Shown here: piece after piece, positions 11,538 through 25,379 of the stretch
How positions within the stretch are numbered: position 1 is the stretch's first letter
Layout of the letters: each line of letters starts with the position of its first letter
DNA from: Azolla caroliniana
Lineage: Eukaryota; Plantae; Polypodiophyta
DNA length: 64,000 nt
Assembly (NCBI GenBank): GCA_043228905.1
Contig: JBHGNT010000006.1
Span: forward strand, 11,222,001 to 11,286,000
Reading direction: 5' to 3'
Notes under the pieces: model-generated
What the model saw: only the letters and a program-made list of their open reading frames with translations
The model's database searches: none
What the model was told of the DNA's origin: nothing
Position numbers and translations under genes: made by a program

Positions 11538-14500
11538 ATGGCTCATAATAATGACCCAATGTCATCCGCTCAAGCGGAAGGAACTCAAGGAAATCCTCCT
11601 GGGTCAATCTCCATTGAGTCGTATTTCTTACAAATACAAAATTTCCTTCATTCAACCGCTCATCAGATGTCCAAACTTCGGCAATCTCATAGTGCTCTCG
11701 AGGCACGTGTCATTAGTTTACAATGTGACACTAATAGACCCGATGAGCGTCAGGGTGAACCATCATTTGTTGTAAAGCCGTTTACGAGAGAAAAAAAGGA
11801 AAGAACCGACGAAGCAATCTACACGTGGTTGGGCCAATGAGAGTCTCATTTTGAGCTCTATCCCACACCAGATAGTACGAAGATTGCATATGTTGGCCAA
11901 GAACTAGGGGCTAAGGCCGCCACCTAGTGGTGTGGGCTCCGAACTTTGGGGAAATTGTCTGATACTTGGATAGATTTTGTCCCAATTTTCAAGGGCCAAT
12001 TTCTGCAACCTCCCTCTTGAACCGAGGCAGCACAAGCTTTAATGAACCTTTCTAGTAGGAAGTTTTCCTCACTAGAACACTATGTTCACCATGCTAGAAC
12101 CCAAATCCAAAAATCGGGTCTAGAAGGGGACAATTGGTTGATAGCTTGTTTTGTCAATGGAATCCCCAATTCGGACTATCATTGGATAGTGCATGATAAG
12201 GATCCAAAATCCTTCGAAGAGGCCATTGAAATAGTTCTTCGCTATCAACGCACTTTGAAGGACCATAACAAACCCAACGAAGTGCCCGGGACTCAGCAAT
12301 CGCAATTCGCTGGAAAACACAAGACACCCAACAAATTCATGGATCACGATTGTAAGCGACAACATCCTTTTTGCGTATTCTGCAAAAAGAAGGGTCATAC
12401 AAAAGAGCAATGTCGAAAGCTCCAATGGAAAGAACACGACAACAAAACAAAAGTTGCAGACCATAAAAGTCAGATTCCTAATGTCCTTGAGGTCTATACA
12501 CATCATTTAAGTAATTGTCAATGTTCTTTCCCTCACTATGTATTGGGACCCAATGATTTACTACATGCAAACAGGTATATCAATGGATTTCCCGTACAAT
12601 TTTTGTTTGATTCGGGAAGCTCACACAACTTTGTGAATGATCATTTGGTTCATATATGGGGAATCCAACCCACCTTAAGTGATCACACCTATAGGGTGCA
12701 CTTGGCTGATGGAAGAGTACAATACATCTACGGGGCGATTCATTCATTAGGAATTTCTATTGATACTTATATAGAGGAAGTAGACTTCCATGTAATGAAT
12801 CTTTGTACCACTGATGTAATACTAGGTTATCCCTAGTTTTTTAATAAAAACTCCTCTTTATCTATTGATTGGGTTCATCATTCCATTACTTTTGTACTAA
12901 ACGATTGTACTCATTTTATTCAATGTGTTAAAAAACGATCTCTTTCGATTGTTTCCTCTCCATCAATATCCGAGTTGTCTTGTTTTACTTTATTTTATTG
13001 TGTATAATACATCAACGGAGCGATTCATTCATTAGGAATTTCTATTGATACTTATATAGAGGAAGTATACTTCCATGTAATGAATCTTTGTACCACTGAT
13101 GTAATACTAGGTTATCCCTAGTTTTTTAATAAAAACTCCTCTTTATCTATTGATTGGGTTCATCATTCAATTACTTTTGTACTAAACGATTGTACTCATT
13201 TTATTCAATGTGTTAAAAAACGATCTCTTTCGATTGTTTCCTCTCCATCAATATCCGAGTTGTTTTGTTTTACTTTATTTTATTGTGTACTTAATCTAGA
13301 CATTCACGTTTACAATATCCAATATAATGTCTCGATTCAATTATCATATTTTGAACAACAACTCCTCGATGAAATCTTAAATGATTTTCGTGATGTTTTT
13401 CTGAGTGAACTACCACATGGGTTACCTCCTAAACGTAATATAGAACATTGTATAGATATTGTACCTGGTGTTGCACCAATGAGTATACCTCCTTAACGCT
13501 TAAGTCGATCCAAAGAGGATGAGGTATCAAAGCAACTCAAGGACTATTTACGAATGGGTTATATACGTCATAGTAAATCTCCTTGGGGTGCACATGTTCT
13601 CTTGGTAAAAAAGAAAGAGGGCACATGGCGAATGTGTATTAATTATCGACACTTGAATAAAGTGACGATCAAGAATTCATATCCATTGCCATGGGCTGAC
13701 GATCTAATTGACTATCTCCAGGGAGCTCGGTATTTTATGAAACTTGATCTCTGTACGGGCTACCATCAAATTCGTATAAGTGAGGAAGATGGTCCTAAAA
13801 CGGCATTTCATACGCGCTATGGGCATTACGAGTTTTTGGTCATGCCTTTCGGTTTGACCAATGCTCCGGCCACATTTCAACATGAAATGAAGGACATTTT
13901 CCGAGAACAACTTGGAAAATTTGTCGTTATTTTCCTCGATGATATTCTAGTTTATAGTCGTACGTTAGAAGAACATGCTAAACAGGTCCGCGTTGCTTTA
14001 CAAACATTGCGCGACAAGCAATTCTACGCAAAGATCTCAAAATGCGAGTTCTTCAAGAAATCAATTACTTATCTTGGACATCTCATAACCGAACGAGGAG
14101 TTCAAATTGATCCTTCTCGCATCAAGAAAATCAAACTTTGGCCCACTCTTCAGAATATTTGAGAAGTTCGATCATTCCTTGATTTTGATGGGTTTTTGCG
14201 AAAATCACTTCGTAATTACTCCCAATTGATGACGTTGTTTACAAATCTTGTAAAAGGTCAAACGCTGAAGTCTACAAAACCTATTGTGTGGAATGCTACA
14301 CTAGACCTCCCCTTTAAGGAACTCAAGGACCTGGTGTGCAAGGTTCCTTCGCTTCTTTTACCTGATCCTTCAAAACCTTTTGAGGTTGAAACTTATGCAA
14401 GGAGCATATAGGTGATGTCTTATATCAAGATGGTAAACCAATAGCATTCGAGAGTAGGAAACTTGATTCTGCTCAATGTCGGTATAACGTTCAAGAAAAT

Positions 14501-16258
14501 GAATTATTTGTAGTTATATACGCGCTCAAAACATGGTGCCATTATCTTTATGGAAATCGTTTTGTGGTAACTTGAAATATTTCTGTGACCAACAAGACCT
14601 GAAAGGTCGTAAGGCACGATGGGCTGATCTCATCCAGGACTTTGATTTTTCCATAAGATATCGTAAAGGTTCCATGAACACTATCGTTGATGCACTATGT
14701 CACATCCGTGAAGTTAACATGCTTAGCTTCACTGAAATAACATCAGATCCTTATGATCACCTTCAAGGAAAGTATCATGATGACAGTTATTTTGCAAAAT
14801 ACTAGGCAAGAGTTGAGTCTGGAACAGACACCACCACATCCTCAAAGGAATCCTTTCACATTGCTAACGGTTTGCTCTACCGTAATGGGAAGGTTTGTGT
14901 TCCAGATTTGCATGAGGTCAAAACGAGAATTCTTTTTTAATGCCATGATGCACCCTCAGTAGGGCACCCTGGAATACATCGTACACTCGTTCTCATATCC
15001 ACGCAATTCTATTGGCCTAAGATGCGTCCTGACATACATAACTATGTGACTAAATATCACCAATGTCAGGTTAACAAAGCCGAGCGACTTAAAGCCACAG
15101 GACTTTTACATCCCTTGGACATTCCCAATAATAAGTGGGAAAGTATATCCATGGATTTTATTGTTAGCCTTCCTCGCACCCAAAAAGACCATGATGCCAT
15201 CTGGGGTGTGGTTGATAGACTAACTAAAATGGCTAGATTTATTGCTACTAAAACCACGATAACAACTCCTGAATTGGCTTACCAATTCGTTGACGAGTTA
15301 ATTTGTTTTTATGGGTTACCGATGGATATCGTGAGTGATCGAGATCCAGAGTTTACTTGTGACTTCTGGACGCAAGTCTTTAAGAAGTTAGAAACTACAT
15401 TGAGCATGAGCTCCATTGATCATCCTCAATCCAATGGACTGACAGAACGAGTAAATCAAATTATTGAGGACATGCTTCGAGCATATGTTGGTGCAAAACC
15501 AACAAACTGGGAACGTTATCTCCTAATTTTGGAGTTTGCTTATAACGCTCCAAGCATACGTCGACGAGATATAGTCATTTTATGTTGATGTATGGTTTTC
15601 AGCCACGAGCCACAATTGATGTTAATATACATCATGATGAGTCGCAAAGTACGCAAAACTTTCTTCGGGATATGCAAGATATGTTGCATATTGCACGAGA
15701 TAATATAAAAACAACTCAAGATAGAGCGTGTTTTTACGCCGATCATAATAGGCAACCTCATGTATTCAACCCTAGACAGAAGGTATTTTTACGGGTACCT
15801 CACAATTCGAAGACATTGTCTATGGGTAAGTGCACTAAGTTAGCCCCACGGTTTTGTGGACCTTTTCGAGTCCTCAAATGCATTGGTTCATCAGCCTATC
15901 GTCTTGCTCTTCCTCATGGCATTGAAATTCATCCAGTTTTTCATGTAAGTCGTCTAAAAGAACTTCTAGGTTCTGGCGACAATACAGTTACAACTGAAAC
16001 TCTGGTTACTTCTGAAGAATAACCTTCTAAACCACATGTACCAGGAATGTTAAAACCAAAAATTTGCGTACTAAAATATTCCGAGAATTTAAAATTATAT
16101 GGATGGATAAATCTATCAAAGATGCCACATGGGAATGCGAAAATACTCTTAGAACTAACTTCCCTAACTTTCCATTACAAGAGTGCAATGTTTTAAAGAG
16201 GGGGGGAGTATGTTACGTGCATGACCATATAATATCCCGTGGTGAGAATTTACCGTAG
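11538..16258 (+). pseudogene. Chromovirus gag-pol (gag, protease, RT, RNase H, integrase, chromodomain) with many stops and frameshifts
   Basis: CVFCKKKGHTKEQC; FLFDSGSSHNF; [33 protein letters not shown]; WESISMDFI..VSDRDPEF..SNGLTERVNQ; GPF..IHPVFHVS; FKIIW..DATWE. Confidence 0.92.
12717..13289. repeat. Tandem duplication, 2 x ~285 bp within the protease-RT linker
   Basis: AATACATC..GCGATTCATTCATTAGG...TTATTGTGTA at about 12721 and 13006. Confidence 0.95.
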
Positions 16259-17738
16259 TATTCTATACATGTGGATCAGTATGAGGGTTAAACGAGAGTG
16301 TAAAGAATGAGAGCATTACTTTTAATCCTCGAGATTGAGACAACCCATTAGGCCAAGTGTGAACTTGCCTGGGGGCCTTGGGTATCGCTATAAATATGAG
16401 GCCTAGCTACCCTCATTTCATGATCTCTTGACTACGTCGAGATTCTGTTTCGTGGTGGGTCAACTCTTGTAGCGAGCGCGCCAGCACCAAATACGACTCG
16501 ACGCCACGACGGTGGTATCAGACGCCGATCGAGGCTCGAGTCCGTGTCGATCCCTTCGCTCGGGGGTGGTCGGGTGGATCAACACCCTTCTTTCTCTCTC
16601 TCCTTTCTTATTTCATATATATTATATCCTTATCATATGCTTACATTAGATCATCACTCTAACAGTATACTTGCACGAGAATTAGACACCAAGATTTTGT
16701 TGTCAATATAAAATCTCACGATCTCCGTGTCGCTACCACATCTATGTGGAGACCGAAGCAAGTAGGTGAGGGAGAGCATATTTGCTTCATAGAATGTCCT
16801 CTATCTATGCTACTACCTCATCATGTGCTAAAAAAAAAATGGTGGGTGCAATAAAAAATAAAATGTCAACATGTTCCGGTTGACATTATCACTTGTAGGA
16901 AAGTGTGGCCCGTTAAAAATTGTAATTTCCAGTTAGGATCATAAGGAGGAGCAGGAAAATTTCCAGCAAGGATTAGAAATTTTGGCCAGCACTGGTCCAC
17001 AACTTTATAGTCTGACTAGTCGAGATCCCATCTAAGCTCAGCTTTGAGGTGTGAATCTAAGCTCTAAACGGAACGATGAAGCGAGAGACTCGAAACTTAA
17101 TGATGATCATTGATAATGATGATGGTGGTGGTGGATTCCTTCTTCTTTCTTCTTTCTTCTTCTTTCTTCTTTCTTCTTTCTTCTTCTTTCTTCTTCTTCT
17201 TCTTTGGTGGGTGGGGCCATCCAAAGACACACAAAAAAACAAAAAACAAAAAACAAAGAGATTAGATAGAACAGCCCAATTTTGGTCTTAGAAGACGGCG
17301 CTAGTTAACAATATGTATATGTATATGTATATCCTTTCTTTTCTTTCTTTTCTTTCTGTCTGTCAAAGTGTTTAACATGTGTTGTGTGTTTTTATCTCTA
17401 AAATACGTTTGTCAGAAGAGATGACTTTGTCTCTGCAGAGTTAGGGCTTCCTTCTCCTCTGTTTCCTGCTGGGCTGTAAACAAAAAATGCTAGGGCTTTC
17501 TTTCCTTTTACCAGTTTCCCTAGATTCTGATTTCCCACTTCAGATGCTCTCCCAGCCTGGGAACATTAGGGTTTCGCCATGTGGAATGCCACAAATTGGG
17601 GTTCCTCTGTGAGCAGGTGTAATATTTAGGGTTCCCCTAAAGCAGATGCTTCAGACTTTCGATTTTGGGATTCTGTTCGGATTCAGAGTTTTCAAGATTT
17701 AGAGACTCTGTTGTGATTCAGGTCTTCAAGACTACCAC

Positions 17739-19829
17739 ATGCTTCACCCCAATCAAATTAGGGCTTCTCCTCCGCTACCTCCTATGTCCTTCCCCCACCT
17801 CCTTCGCTTCTTATTCATCATCATCATCTTCTTCTCTTCTTCACATCCTTATCACATCCTTGCTACACGATTCGCTTTTAACGGGTTCAATGAGATAGCG
17901 CAGGATGAGATACTCTGCTACCAAGGCGCTTTCTTCAACGACTCAAACATCCAGCTCACTGCCACTAACGTCATACAAGGAATGGGCAGATGCCTCTTCT
18001 CTTCTCCTATACAATTTCTAGATGATTCTGGAAACCCCATGTCGTTTAGCACACAGTTCATTTTCCAAATGATTCCAGGGCCAGAGGGCCTTATAGATGG
18101 AATTTCTTTTGTTATTGCCCCCTCTCTAGGAGGCGTCAATGGTTCGAATCAAGGCTATATAGGCCTTTTTAGCAATGACACCAATGGGAAGTCATCTACT
18201 CACACTCTTGGTATTGAGTTTGATGCATATAAGAACCCGGAATTCCATGATATGGATGATAACCATGTGGGAATCGATGTGAACGATATCGTGTCATGGC
18301 TAGCTACTTCTTCAGCTGTGAGAACAAGTAGCTCTCCAGAGATTCAGAATTATCAAGATGGCTATGCTGTGCAATTGAAAGGCTCCCTGATTCAAGCCTG
18401 GATTGATTATAATGCCAGTATAAATGAGTTTAACGTATCTGTTTCTAGGTCATTGGGAGTGAAGCCTATGTATGCATTGATCTCTAACAGGTCGCTAATT
18501 CTATCAGATGTGTTTAACAAGGACATGTATGTGGGCTTCACTGCCTCAACTGGACCTTTGGATGATATTCTTTACTATGTTTATTCGTGGAGTTTCAGCA
18601 ATGAGGGTGTCTCAGCTGCGGTCCAGATGCCTACTTCTTCTTCTTCTTCATCTTCAGAGAAGAAGAAGAGAACCACGATTATAGCTGTAGGCGCTACAGT
18701 TGGCCTGTTGATATTGATTGTGTTGGGAATTGCTATCTTTTTCATGAGGAGGTGCAGGTCAAAATGGCATCAATTCAGAGCCTACAGCGGTGAGCTCGAT
18801 TTGTCATTGAACCAAAACTTGCCTCAAAGGTTCACTTATCATGAGCTTAACAAGGCAACTCAGAATTTCAGTAAGAAAAACCATCTAGGAAGTGGTGGAT
18901 TCGGCGCTGTTTACAAAGGTAAGCTTCCATCGATGATGACCGATATTGCAGTAAAGAAGATTTCAAAGGAATCAAAGCAAGGAGTGAAGGAATTTGTATC
19001 CGAAGTGACCACCATTGGGCAGCTCAGGCATCGGAATCTGGTTCCTTTGCTCGGTTGGTGCCAAGAGCGGGGCTTCATGCTAGTATATGAACTCATGCCT
19101 AATGGAAGCCTCGACAAGATTCTCTTTGAAAAACCCAAGGAAGGAGATCAAATCCTCACTTGGCCAATGCGGCTTCATATATTGAAAGGAGTTGCTGCGG
19201 CAGTGAATTACTTACATGAAGAGTGTGAACAAAAGATAGTACATCGAGATATAAAGACTAGCAATGTGATGTTGGATGCCGGCCTTAATGCTCGGCTCGG
19301 GGATTTCGGATTGGCTAGGCCATATGGGCATGATGTGGCACCGGGTACGACCAATGTGGCCGGCACATGGGGCTACATTGCACCTGAGGCTTTTTATACA
19401 CGGAAAGCCACCGAAAAGACCGATGTTTTTAGCTTTGGGGCATTGACTTTGGAAGTGGTAACTGGCAAGAGAATTGGTGAGCATATCCATGAAGAGGAAT
19501 GTGGGCTGATGGAGTGGCTTTGGAGGTTGCATAAGAGCAAAAGGCTAGTCGAGGCATCGGACCCAAGTATGCAAATAGAGAATAAAGAGGATAATTTGAT
19601 GGTGACCAATGTACTGGAATTGGGGCTTTCTTGTTGTTATGCAGAACCAAGCGCGCGACCTTCAATGAGATATGCTCTTCAAGTTTTATGTGGGGATATT
19701 CCACCTCTACCCTTGCCGTCGTCATTGTCATCGCCTTTCTCTGTCTCAATGGATTTCCCCAATTATTCCACCTCTCTTTCTACGATGTCCAGCAACTATA
19801 CCTTGGATTACATGCCTCAACCACAATGA
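17739..19829 (+). CDS. L-type (legume) lectin-domain receptor-like kinase (LecRK), intronless; alternative start ATG at 17784
   Basis: Hydrophobic signal peptide; lectin motifs SFSTQFIF, DGISF, GIEFD..DDNHVGIDVN, MYVGFTASTG..YSWSFS; TM helix; kinase LGSGGFGAVYKG, IAVKK, HRDIKTSN, DFGLAR, GTWGYIAPE, DVFSFG. Confidence 0.96.
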   Translation: MLHPNQIRASPPLPPMSFPHLLRFLFIIIIFFSSSHPYHILATRFAFNGFNEIAQDEILCYQGAFFNDSNIQLTATNVIQGMGRCLFSSPIQFLDDSGNPMSFSTQFIFQMIPGPEGLIDGISFVIAPSLGGVNGSNQGYIGLFSNDTNGKSSTHTLGIEFDAYKNPEFHDMDDNHVGIDVNDIVSWLATSSAVRTSSSPEIQNYQDGYAVQLKGSLIQAWIDYNASINEFNVSVSRSLGVKPMYALISNRSLILSDVFNKDMYVGFTASTGPLDDILYYVYSWSFSNEGVSAAVQMPTSSSSSSSEKKKRTTIIAVGATVGLLILIVLGIAIFFMRRCRSKWHQFRAYSGELDLSLNQNLPQRFTYHELNKATQNFSKKNHLGSGGFGAVYKGKLPSMMTDIAVKKISKESKQGVKEFVSEVTTIGQLRHRNLVPLLGWCQERGFMLVYELMPNGSLDKILFEKPKEGDQILTWPMRLHILKGVAAAVNYLHEECEQKIVHRDIKTSNVMLDAGLNARLGDFGLARPYGHDVAPGTTNVAGTWGYIAPEAFYTRKATEKTDVFSFGALTLEVVTGKRIGEHIHEEECGLMEWLWRLHKSKRLVEASDPSMQIENKEDNLMVTNVLELGLSCCYAEPSARPSMRYALQVLCGDIPPLPLPSSLSSPFSVSMDFPNYSTSLSTMSSNYTLDYMPQPQ

Positions 19830-19864
19830 ATAAAATGGATTATGATTTACATGTTTTGGTTGTA

Positions 19865-20535
19865 TGCTATGCTAGATCTGCTCTAACTTGTTAGGCTTCG
19901 TTCAATGGCATGATCAATATTGTATAAACTTTTCCGAAAATATTTGAATTGTACGTGTTCCTCTCATTTTGGTTCATATTTATGCAATTTGAATCACTTT
20001 GCCTGGAATCATTATATATATAATATGTAATATGTATGTAATGTTGTATACATCTATACAACATTACATACAGATTACATATCCTATGCTATGCTCGATC
20101 TGCTCTAACTTGTTAGGCTTCGTTCAATGGCATGATCAATATTGTATAAATTTTTCCGAAAATATTTGAATTGTACGTGTTCCTCTCATTTTGGTTCATA
20201 TTTATGCAATTTGAATCACTTTGCCTGGAATCATTATATATAATATGTAATGTGTATGTAATGTTGTATATATCTATACAACATTACATACAGATTACAT
20301 ATCCTATGCTATGCTCGATCTGCTCTAACTTGTTAGGCTTCGTTCAATGGCATGATCAATATTGTATAAATTTTTCCGAAAATATTTTAATTGTACTTGT
20401 TCCTCTCATTTTGGCTCATATTTATGCAATTTGAATCACTTTGCCTGGAATCATTATATATATATATATATAATATGTAATGTTTATGTAATGTTGTATA
20501 CATCTATACAACATTACATAGAGATTACATATCCT
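19865..20535. repeat. Tandem repeat, 3 x ~220 bp immediately 3' of LecRK
   Basis: TGCTATGCT.GATCTGCTCTAACTTGTTAGGCTTCG starts units at about 19865, 20086 and 20306. Confidence 0.95.
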
Positions 20536-20674
20536 CAGAAAAGTTCCAAATTTGTGGTGAAGAAGTACCAAGTATCTTACATCTGAAGGTTCCATCTAGA
20601 GATTACTATCCTCAGAAAAGTTCCAAATTTGCGGTGAAGAAGTACCAAGTATCTTACATCTGAAGGTTCCATCT
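20520..20674. repeat. Tandem duplication, 2 x ~78 bp
   Basis: AGAGATTAC..TATCCTCAGAAAAGTTCC...GAAGGTTCCATCT occurs twice. Confidence 0.9.
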
Positions 20675-21423
20675 GTGCTAAGGAAATGTCGTATAAAGTT
20701 TTGAGTGCACATAGGTATGGAATTATTCTCAGAGACATCCTCATGGAAATCATGACTTCCAATATGGGTCTATTTTATTGAGAATTCTTTTGGGATTGGT
20801 ATAAAGCAACTATTTGAAAATCCATTCATGAATATGGCACATACTATGTCTTTAGAATTCAACAAACTGTTTGAGACAGTTTCATGGACGTACGTACTAA
20901 GCTCTTTTTGTCTACTCTTTTTAGCATTATGCTAAATGTTATCATTGATATGTCTGTGCTTTGTGAAGCAAGAATACCTTGATACCAATAAAGTCAACTT
21001 ACACTCTACCTTTCTTATCTGAAACATTCCAATGCCACGTTAAATTTTTACGAACGTACGTTTAAATTTTTTCCTATGTTTGTTGTTCCCTCTGATGCAG
21101 TTTTGGGAAGATAGGTATAGATAGAGAACATTTGGAAAAAGAAATCTCATGGAAACGTTCCTGTTTTGATTACACGATGATGGAAAGATCAATTAAACCT
21201 TTATTGATGTTGCTCCAAACCCTTCAATAGAAAATAGGAGTAGCTTCTTACCAACTCTAGGAAACTATATAAGGAAGAAACAAACAAATAGATATAGATT
21301 TTATTATTGCGATCAATAAATATGACTTATGGAACTACAAGTGAATCATTATTACAAATTATGTGTGGAATTGAGTAGTGATTCTCAATGTGGACATTGT
21401 GTGTTTGATAGGAACATGTATAG

Positions 21424-21878
21424 TGTTAGAGTTATGTTCTAATGTAAGCACGTGATAAGGATAAAAGATATAAGAAAGGAGAAAGGAGAGAGAGAAAAAA
21501 GGGTGCCGATCCACCCAACCACCCCCAAGCGGAGGGATCGAGACGGACTCGAGCCTCGATCGGCGTCCCATACCACCGCCGTGGTGTCGAGTCATACCTG
21601 GTGCTGGCACGCTCACTACAAGAGTTGACCCACCACAAGAACAGAGTCTCAACGTAGTCAAGAGATGATCAAATGAGGGTAGCTAGGCCTCATATTTATA
21701 GCGATACCCAAGGCCCCCAAGCAAGTTCACACTTGGCCTAATGGGTTGTCTCAATCCCGATGATTAAAAGTAATCCTCCCCTTCTTTACACTCTCGTTTA
21801 ACCCTCACACTTATCCACGTGTATAGAATACTACAGTAAATTCTCACCACAGGATATTATATGGTCATGCCCGTAACA
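21424..21878 (-). mobile_element. Solo LTR of the chromovirus family
   Basis: Reverse complement of LTR 16211-16664; TG..CA ends; TSD TATAG on both sides. Confidence 0.95.
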
Positions 21879-21989
21879 TATAGGGACTGAACTAGATTGA
21901 CCAATTGTGGAACACAAACTTGAATGTGATCCAAATAAATATATTCAATGAGTCTCTCTGCTTGTGACCCACCACACTATCTTAGATTG

Positions 21990-21990
<1 letters not shown>

Positions 21991-22051
<61 letters not shown>
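21991..22051. repeat. (GT)n(GA)n microsatellite
   Basis: Read directly from the sequence. Confidence 0.95.
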
Positions 22052-22053
<2 letters not shown>

Positions 22054-22737
22054 TAGTAGAGGACTACATGAGAGAGAGGTAGAGCTAAGTTTTGTTGTTC
22101 CTCTTTCTATCAATGAAAAAATTCCATTGAGACACATGCGTCGGAAATTTCTTAGAAAGATCTTCATGAGATACAATAAGATCAAATTGATGGTTCGTGT
22201 ATATAACAACGATAGAAACAAGGAACTTGTGCTTGTTGTGCAAGCACACTCCTACCGAAGGTGAACGCTACTACAAGGGCAAGGGAACCTAAGAGTAAGG
22301 GCATGTTTACATCAGAGGCATTCCAAGGGTGGAGATTAGAGTATTTTGAAACTTATGCTTTTCTCATACACAAAATACAATGAAATTCTAGTATGAGGGA
22401 GTTAGAAATGCACTAGAGTGATGATTTAAAATGTATTGCAAATGCATTACCAGAAGATTATGTGAAAGATAATGTTAAAATTTGAGTTAAATGTGTTCTA
22501 AGAAGTTTTTATGAGAGTAGTTATATCGTTCATAGGAAAAAATACCAATTTTGCCTTAGGTCAGACAAAGGTTGGTTGTAGTGTTACAAGAATATTGTGT
22601 AGAAGACATGTATGTTGATCCTTTTGGTTATTCTGAGGTTTTATTAAATTCTCAAGAGCATTGAGAAAATTACTTAAAATATTACCAATATTTTATGAAA
22701 GTAATGTAGTGCATATAGCAAGCACCATGGAGGCCAT

Positions 22738-23110
22738 TAATTGGGTTTCAAGAAATCCTTAAACAAGAATGCCGTACATGGTGGACATTCAACAGTTTGC
22801 ATTAATTGAGTTGTTTGAACGACCCCCCAAAGAGGTTGACATTTAATAACAATGGTTGCGTCAATATTCCTTTGGTTAGACGTGTTAAGCAATACAATGA
22901 AAAAGTGATCCTCCTACTTCACCAAAATTGGGTTTCACGAAATCTTCAAACAAGAATGTCATACATGGGTAGACATTCAATAGTTTACATAAGTTGAGCT
23001 GTTTTAATAATGATGCCCCAAAAGAGGTTAACATTTGATAGTTACAATGGTAGTGTAAATATTCCTTTGGTTAGATGTAAGAAAATACAATGGAAAATTT
23101 ATCCTCCTTC
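22738..23110. repeat. Diverged tandem duplication, 2 x ~187 bp
   Basis: AATTGGGTTTCA.GAAATC.T.AAACAAGAATG...AATATTCCTTTGGTTAGA at about 22739 and 22927. Confidence 0.8.
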
Positions 23111-24870
23111 TTTAGCAAAATTGCATAATCAAAATAATTCTCATGTAAATTTGGAAGATTTCTTCCAAGATTTGGTACAAACGTTCCTAGTGAAGGGAAG
23201 AGACATGATAAAGGTCAAAAGGAAACATTTAGGAAGCTTCCCGTGGGGTAAGAAAACCAGTCCCAACTTCCCAGTACCAAACTACCAGCCACCCCTTGGC
23301 ATATACATATATGGAGGAGTTCCTCCTCATTTTGATTATTCCCTTCATACTAAGTTTTGGATTCCTCTCCCACTTCCACTCCTTAATCATAGTTAGCTCC
23401 CAAGGAAAATGTTGGGTGCGTTTTTCTATGAAAGGTTATCAACAATGCTATACAAGGATGAATCCATATGACTATTCAACAATTTTTACGTGTTTATTGG
23501 AGATCTTCGCTTATTGCAAGGTGTGACAATAGATGCATTCTAGTTTAGACAATTGATATGGTTAGTCAATATACATGCATCACATATATTAGAAGACTGA
23601 AGATTATTATGGTAGTCTCCGTCCTCTATTCTCCAATACACACGTCCAACGTTGTTGATGGAGGTTTTATGCCTATCGCAAAACATCTATTCATTCTATG
23701 ATGGATGCTTGAGAGTTGGATGCTTGGAAGCAATTGGAAACAAATGCAAAGGGATGTATGGCAGTGGATACATGCAAATAGTTTTGGTTATACTTTTCAA
23801 TTATAATAGTAGAGGTTGACTTGTAGTAGACTAGAGCTAATATAGATAAAGCGTAGTAATCAGTTCCTACTATATATAGTGGTTATCAAAACTTCTTGTG
23901 GTTAGATTATCTCAATGCATTTTCCACAAGTGTCGGAGTTCAGTGAGCAACTTGAGAATTAGGTTTCTCAAAATATAAGGGACTCATTAAGGTTTAATTC
24001 ATTTTTTGTTCATGATGAGGTTTTCCATAGCTATATGGAGATCAACTAGTTGAATTTTCTAACCATGTCCAAACTTACTGTAGTTTTGCATGGGAGGTGT
24101 TTCTCGGAAAGTGCCTAGATATTATGGATCCATAATGCATCCTAGAGGAGAAAAAAATAATGCTCCTTGACTAAATTCATACATAAATTTAATGCGTTGC
24201 TAGTTTATTGACCAAGGGATACGGAATTAATGAAATTTCGAGTTGTACAATCTACCTTACTCTATGTTTTGTAGAATTATCAATTTGTGCATGTGTATAA
24301 ACTAAGCAAGAAGTGGAAGATTACAATTGTGAAACAAAATCCTTTTTTTCATGCACTACATCCGCTCTCATGATAGATATAATATGGCAAGAATAGAGAA
24401 AATGGAGCAAATGTATTTGTATGAGGAATATTTTGTAGAACTATTTAATCTTATTCCTTTACTAGGATGAGTTTACAAGAAATACTTGTAGAAACTGCAA
24501 AAAACACTTTTCAACAAGTATACATCATGCACAATATGGGTTTATCTCAAGAAGAGATATTTTGCATAACGTAAAAATAGCCAAAGACTATGCTACGAGG
24601 CAGAACATACAATGAGATCTTGAAAGAGCATAAGATAATGTAAAGTGGTTGTTTGTAAGGGAATTAACAGCTCATATGGGTTTCAATGAGCAAATATCAA
24701 GTTTGATATGTAGTTTGGGCAAGGGGTGAAGTTCGCATGTCATAATCAATTGAAGAATCATCCAACCCATTTTGCTTCAAAACTTAATGTTCATCTAGGC
24801 CCCTTACTCTTTATATTATGTAACATATCCCATTTTAACAATGTTACATAGTATGCCAAGGGGAGGGGAC

Positions 24871-25026
24871 TTGGTAGTGAAAGACAAGTATGTTCATCAT
24901 GTTCCTTTTTGTTTGCAATTGTAACATATTGTATGACCAAAGGAGATTTGGTAGTGAAAGACAAGTATGTTCATCATGTTCCTTTTTGTTTGCAATTGTA
25001 ACATATTGTATGACCAAAGGAGATTT
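24871..25026. repeat. Tandem duplication, 2 x ~78 bp downstream of the DJ-1 gene
   Basis: TTGGTAGTGAAAGACAAG...CCAAAGGAGATTT occurs twice, identical. Confidence 0.95.
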
Positions 25027-25379
25027 CACAAGGCTTTCACTAATATAAGGAAATACGTGCATTGCACAAGCATTAGCAAATGATTACATCATATTTTTGG
25101 GTGTTATACATGATAAACATTTCTAAAGCTATGAACGTGAGGGATACATTTGTGCAGCCTCGCGCTTGAAGATTAATATGCATGAATCAATTCTCATTTC
25201 ATTTCATGTACTGAGATCTCATAGAAAGTATATCAGATTGAACGACGATTTTGTAAATTCCCTTGTATTAAAAAAGATTGTTATTTCAAGTGAGAGTGTT
25301 GAAAAGAAGTTAATCTTTCTCCCAAATGTAAAGTTTAGCCAAGGGTAGGCAAACAGTAGGAAAAAACTGAAAAGCAATG

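Larger units (their letters stand above)
7540..16664 (+). mobile_element. Full-length degenerate Ty3/gypsy chromovirus
   Basis: 5' LTR 7540-9727 (interrupted), PBS-Met 9730-9741, gag-PR-RT-RH-IN-chromodomain remnants, PPT 16196-16210, 3' LTR 16211-16664, TSD GTATA on both sides. Confidence 0.95.

Noticed and set aside
23400-24850. Possible decayed DNA-transposon coding remnant
   Set aside because: No recognisable transposase motif, TIR or TSD
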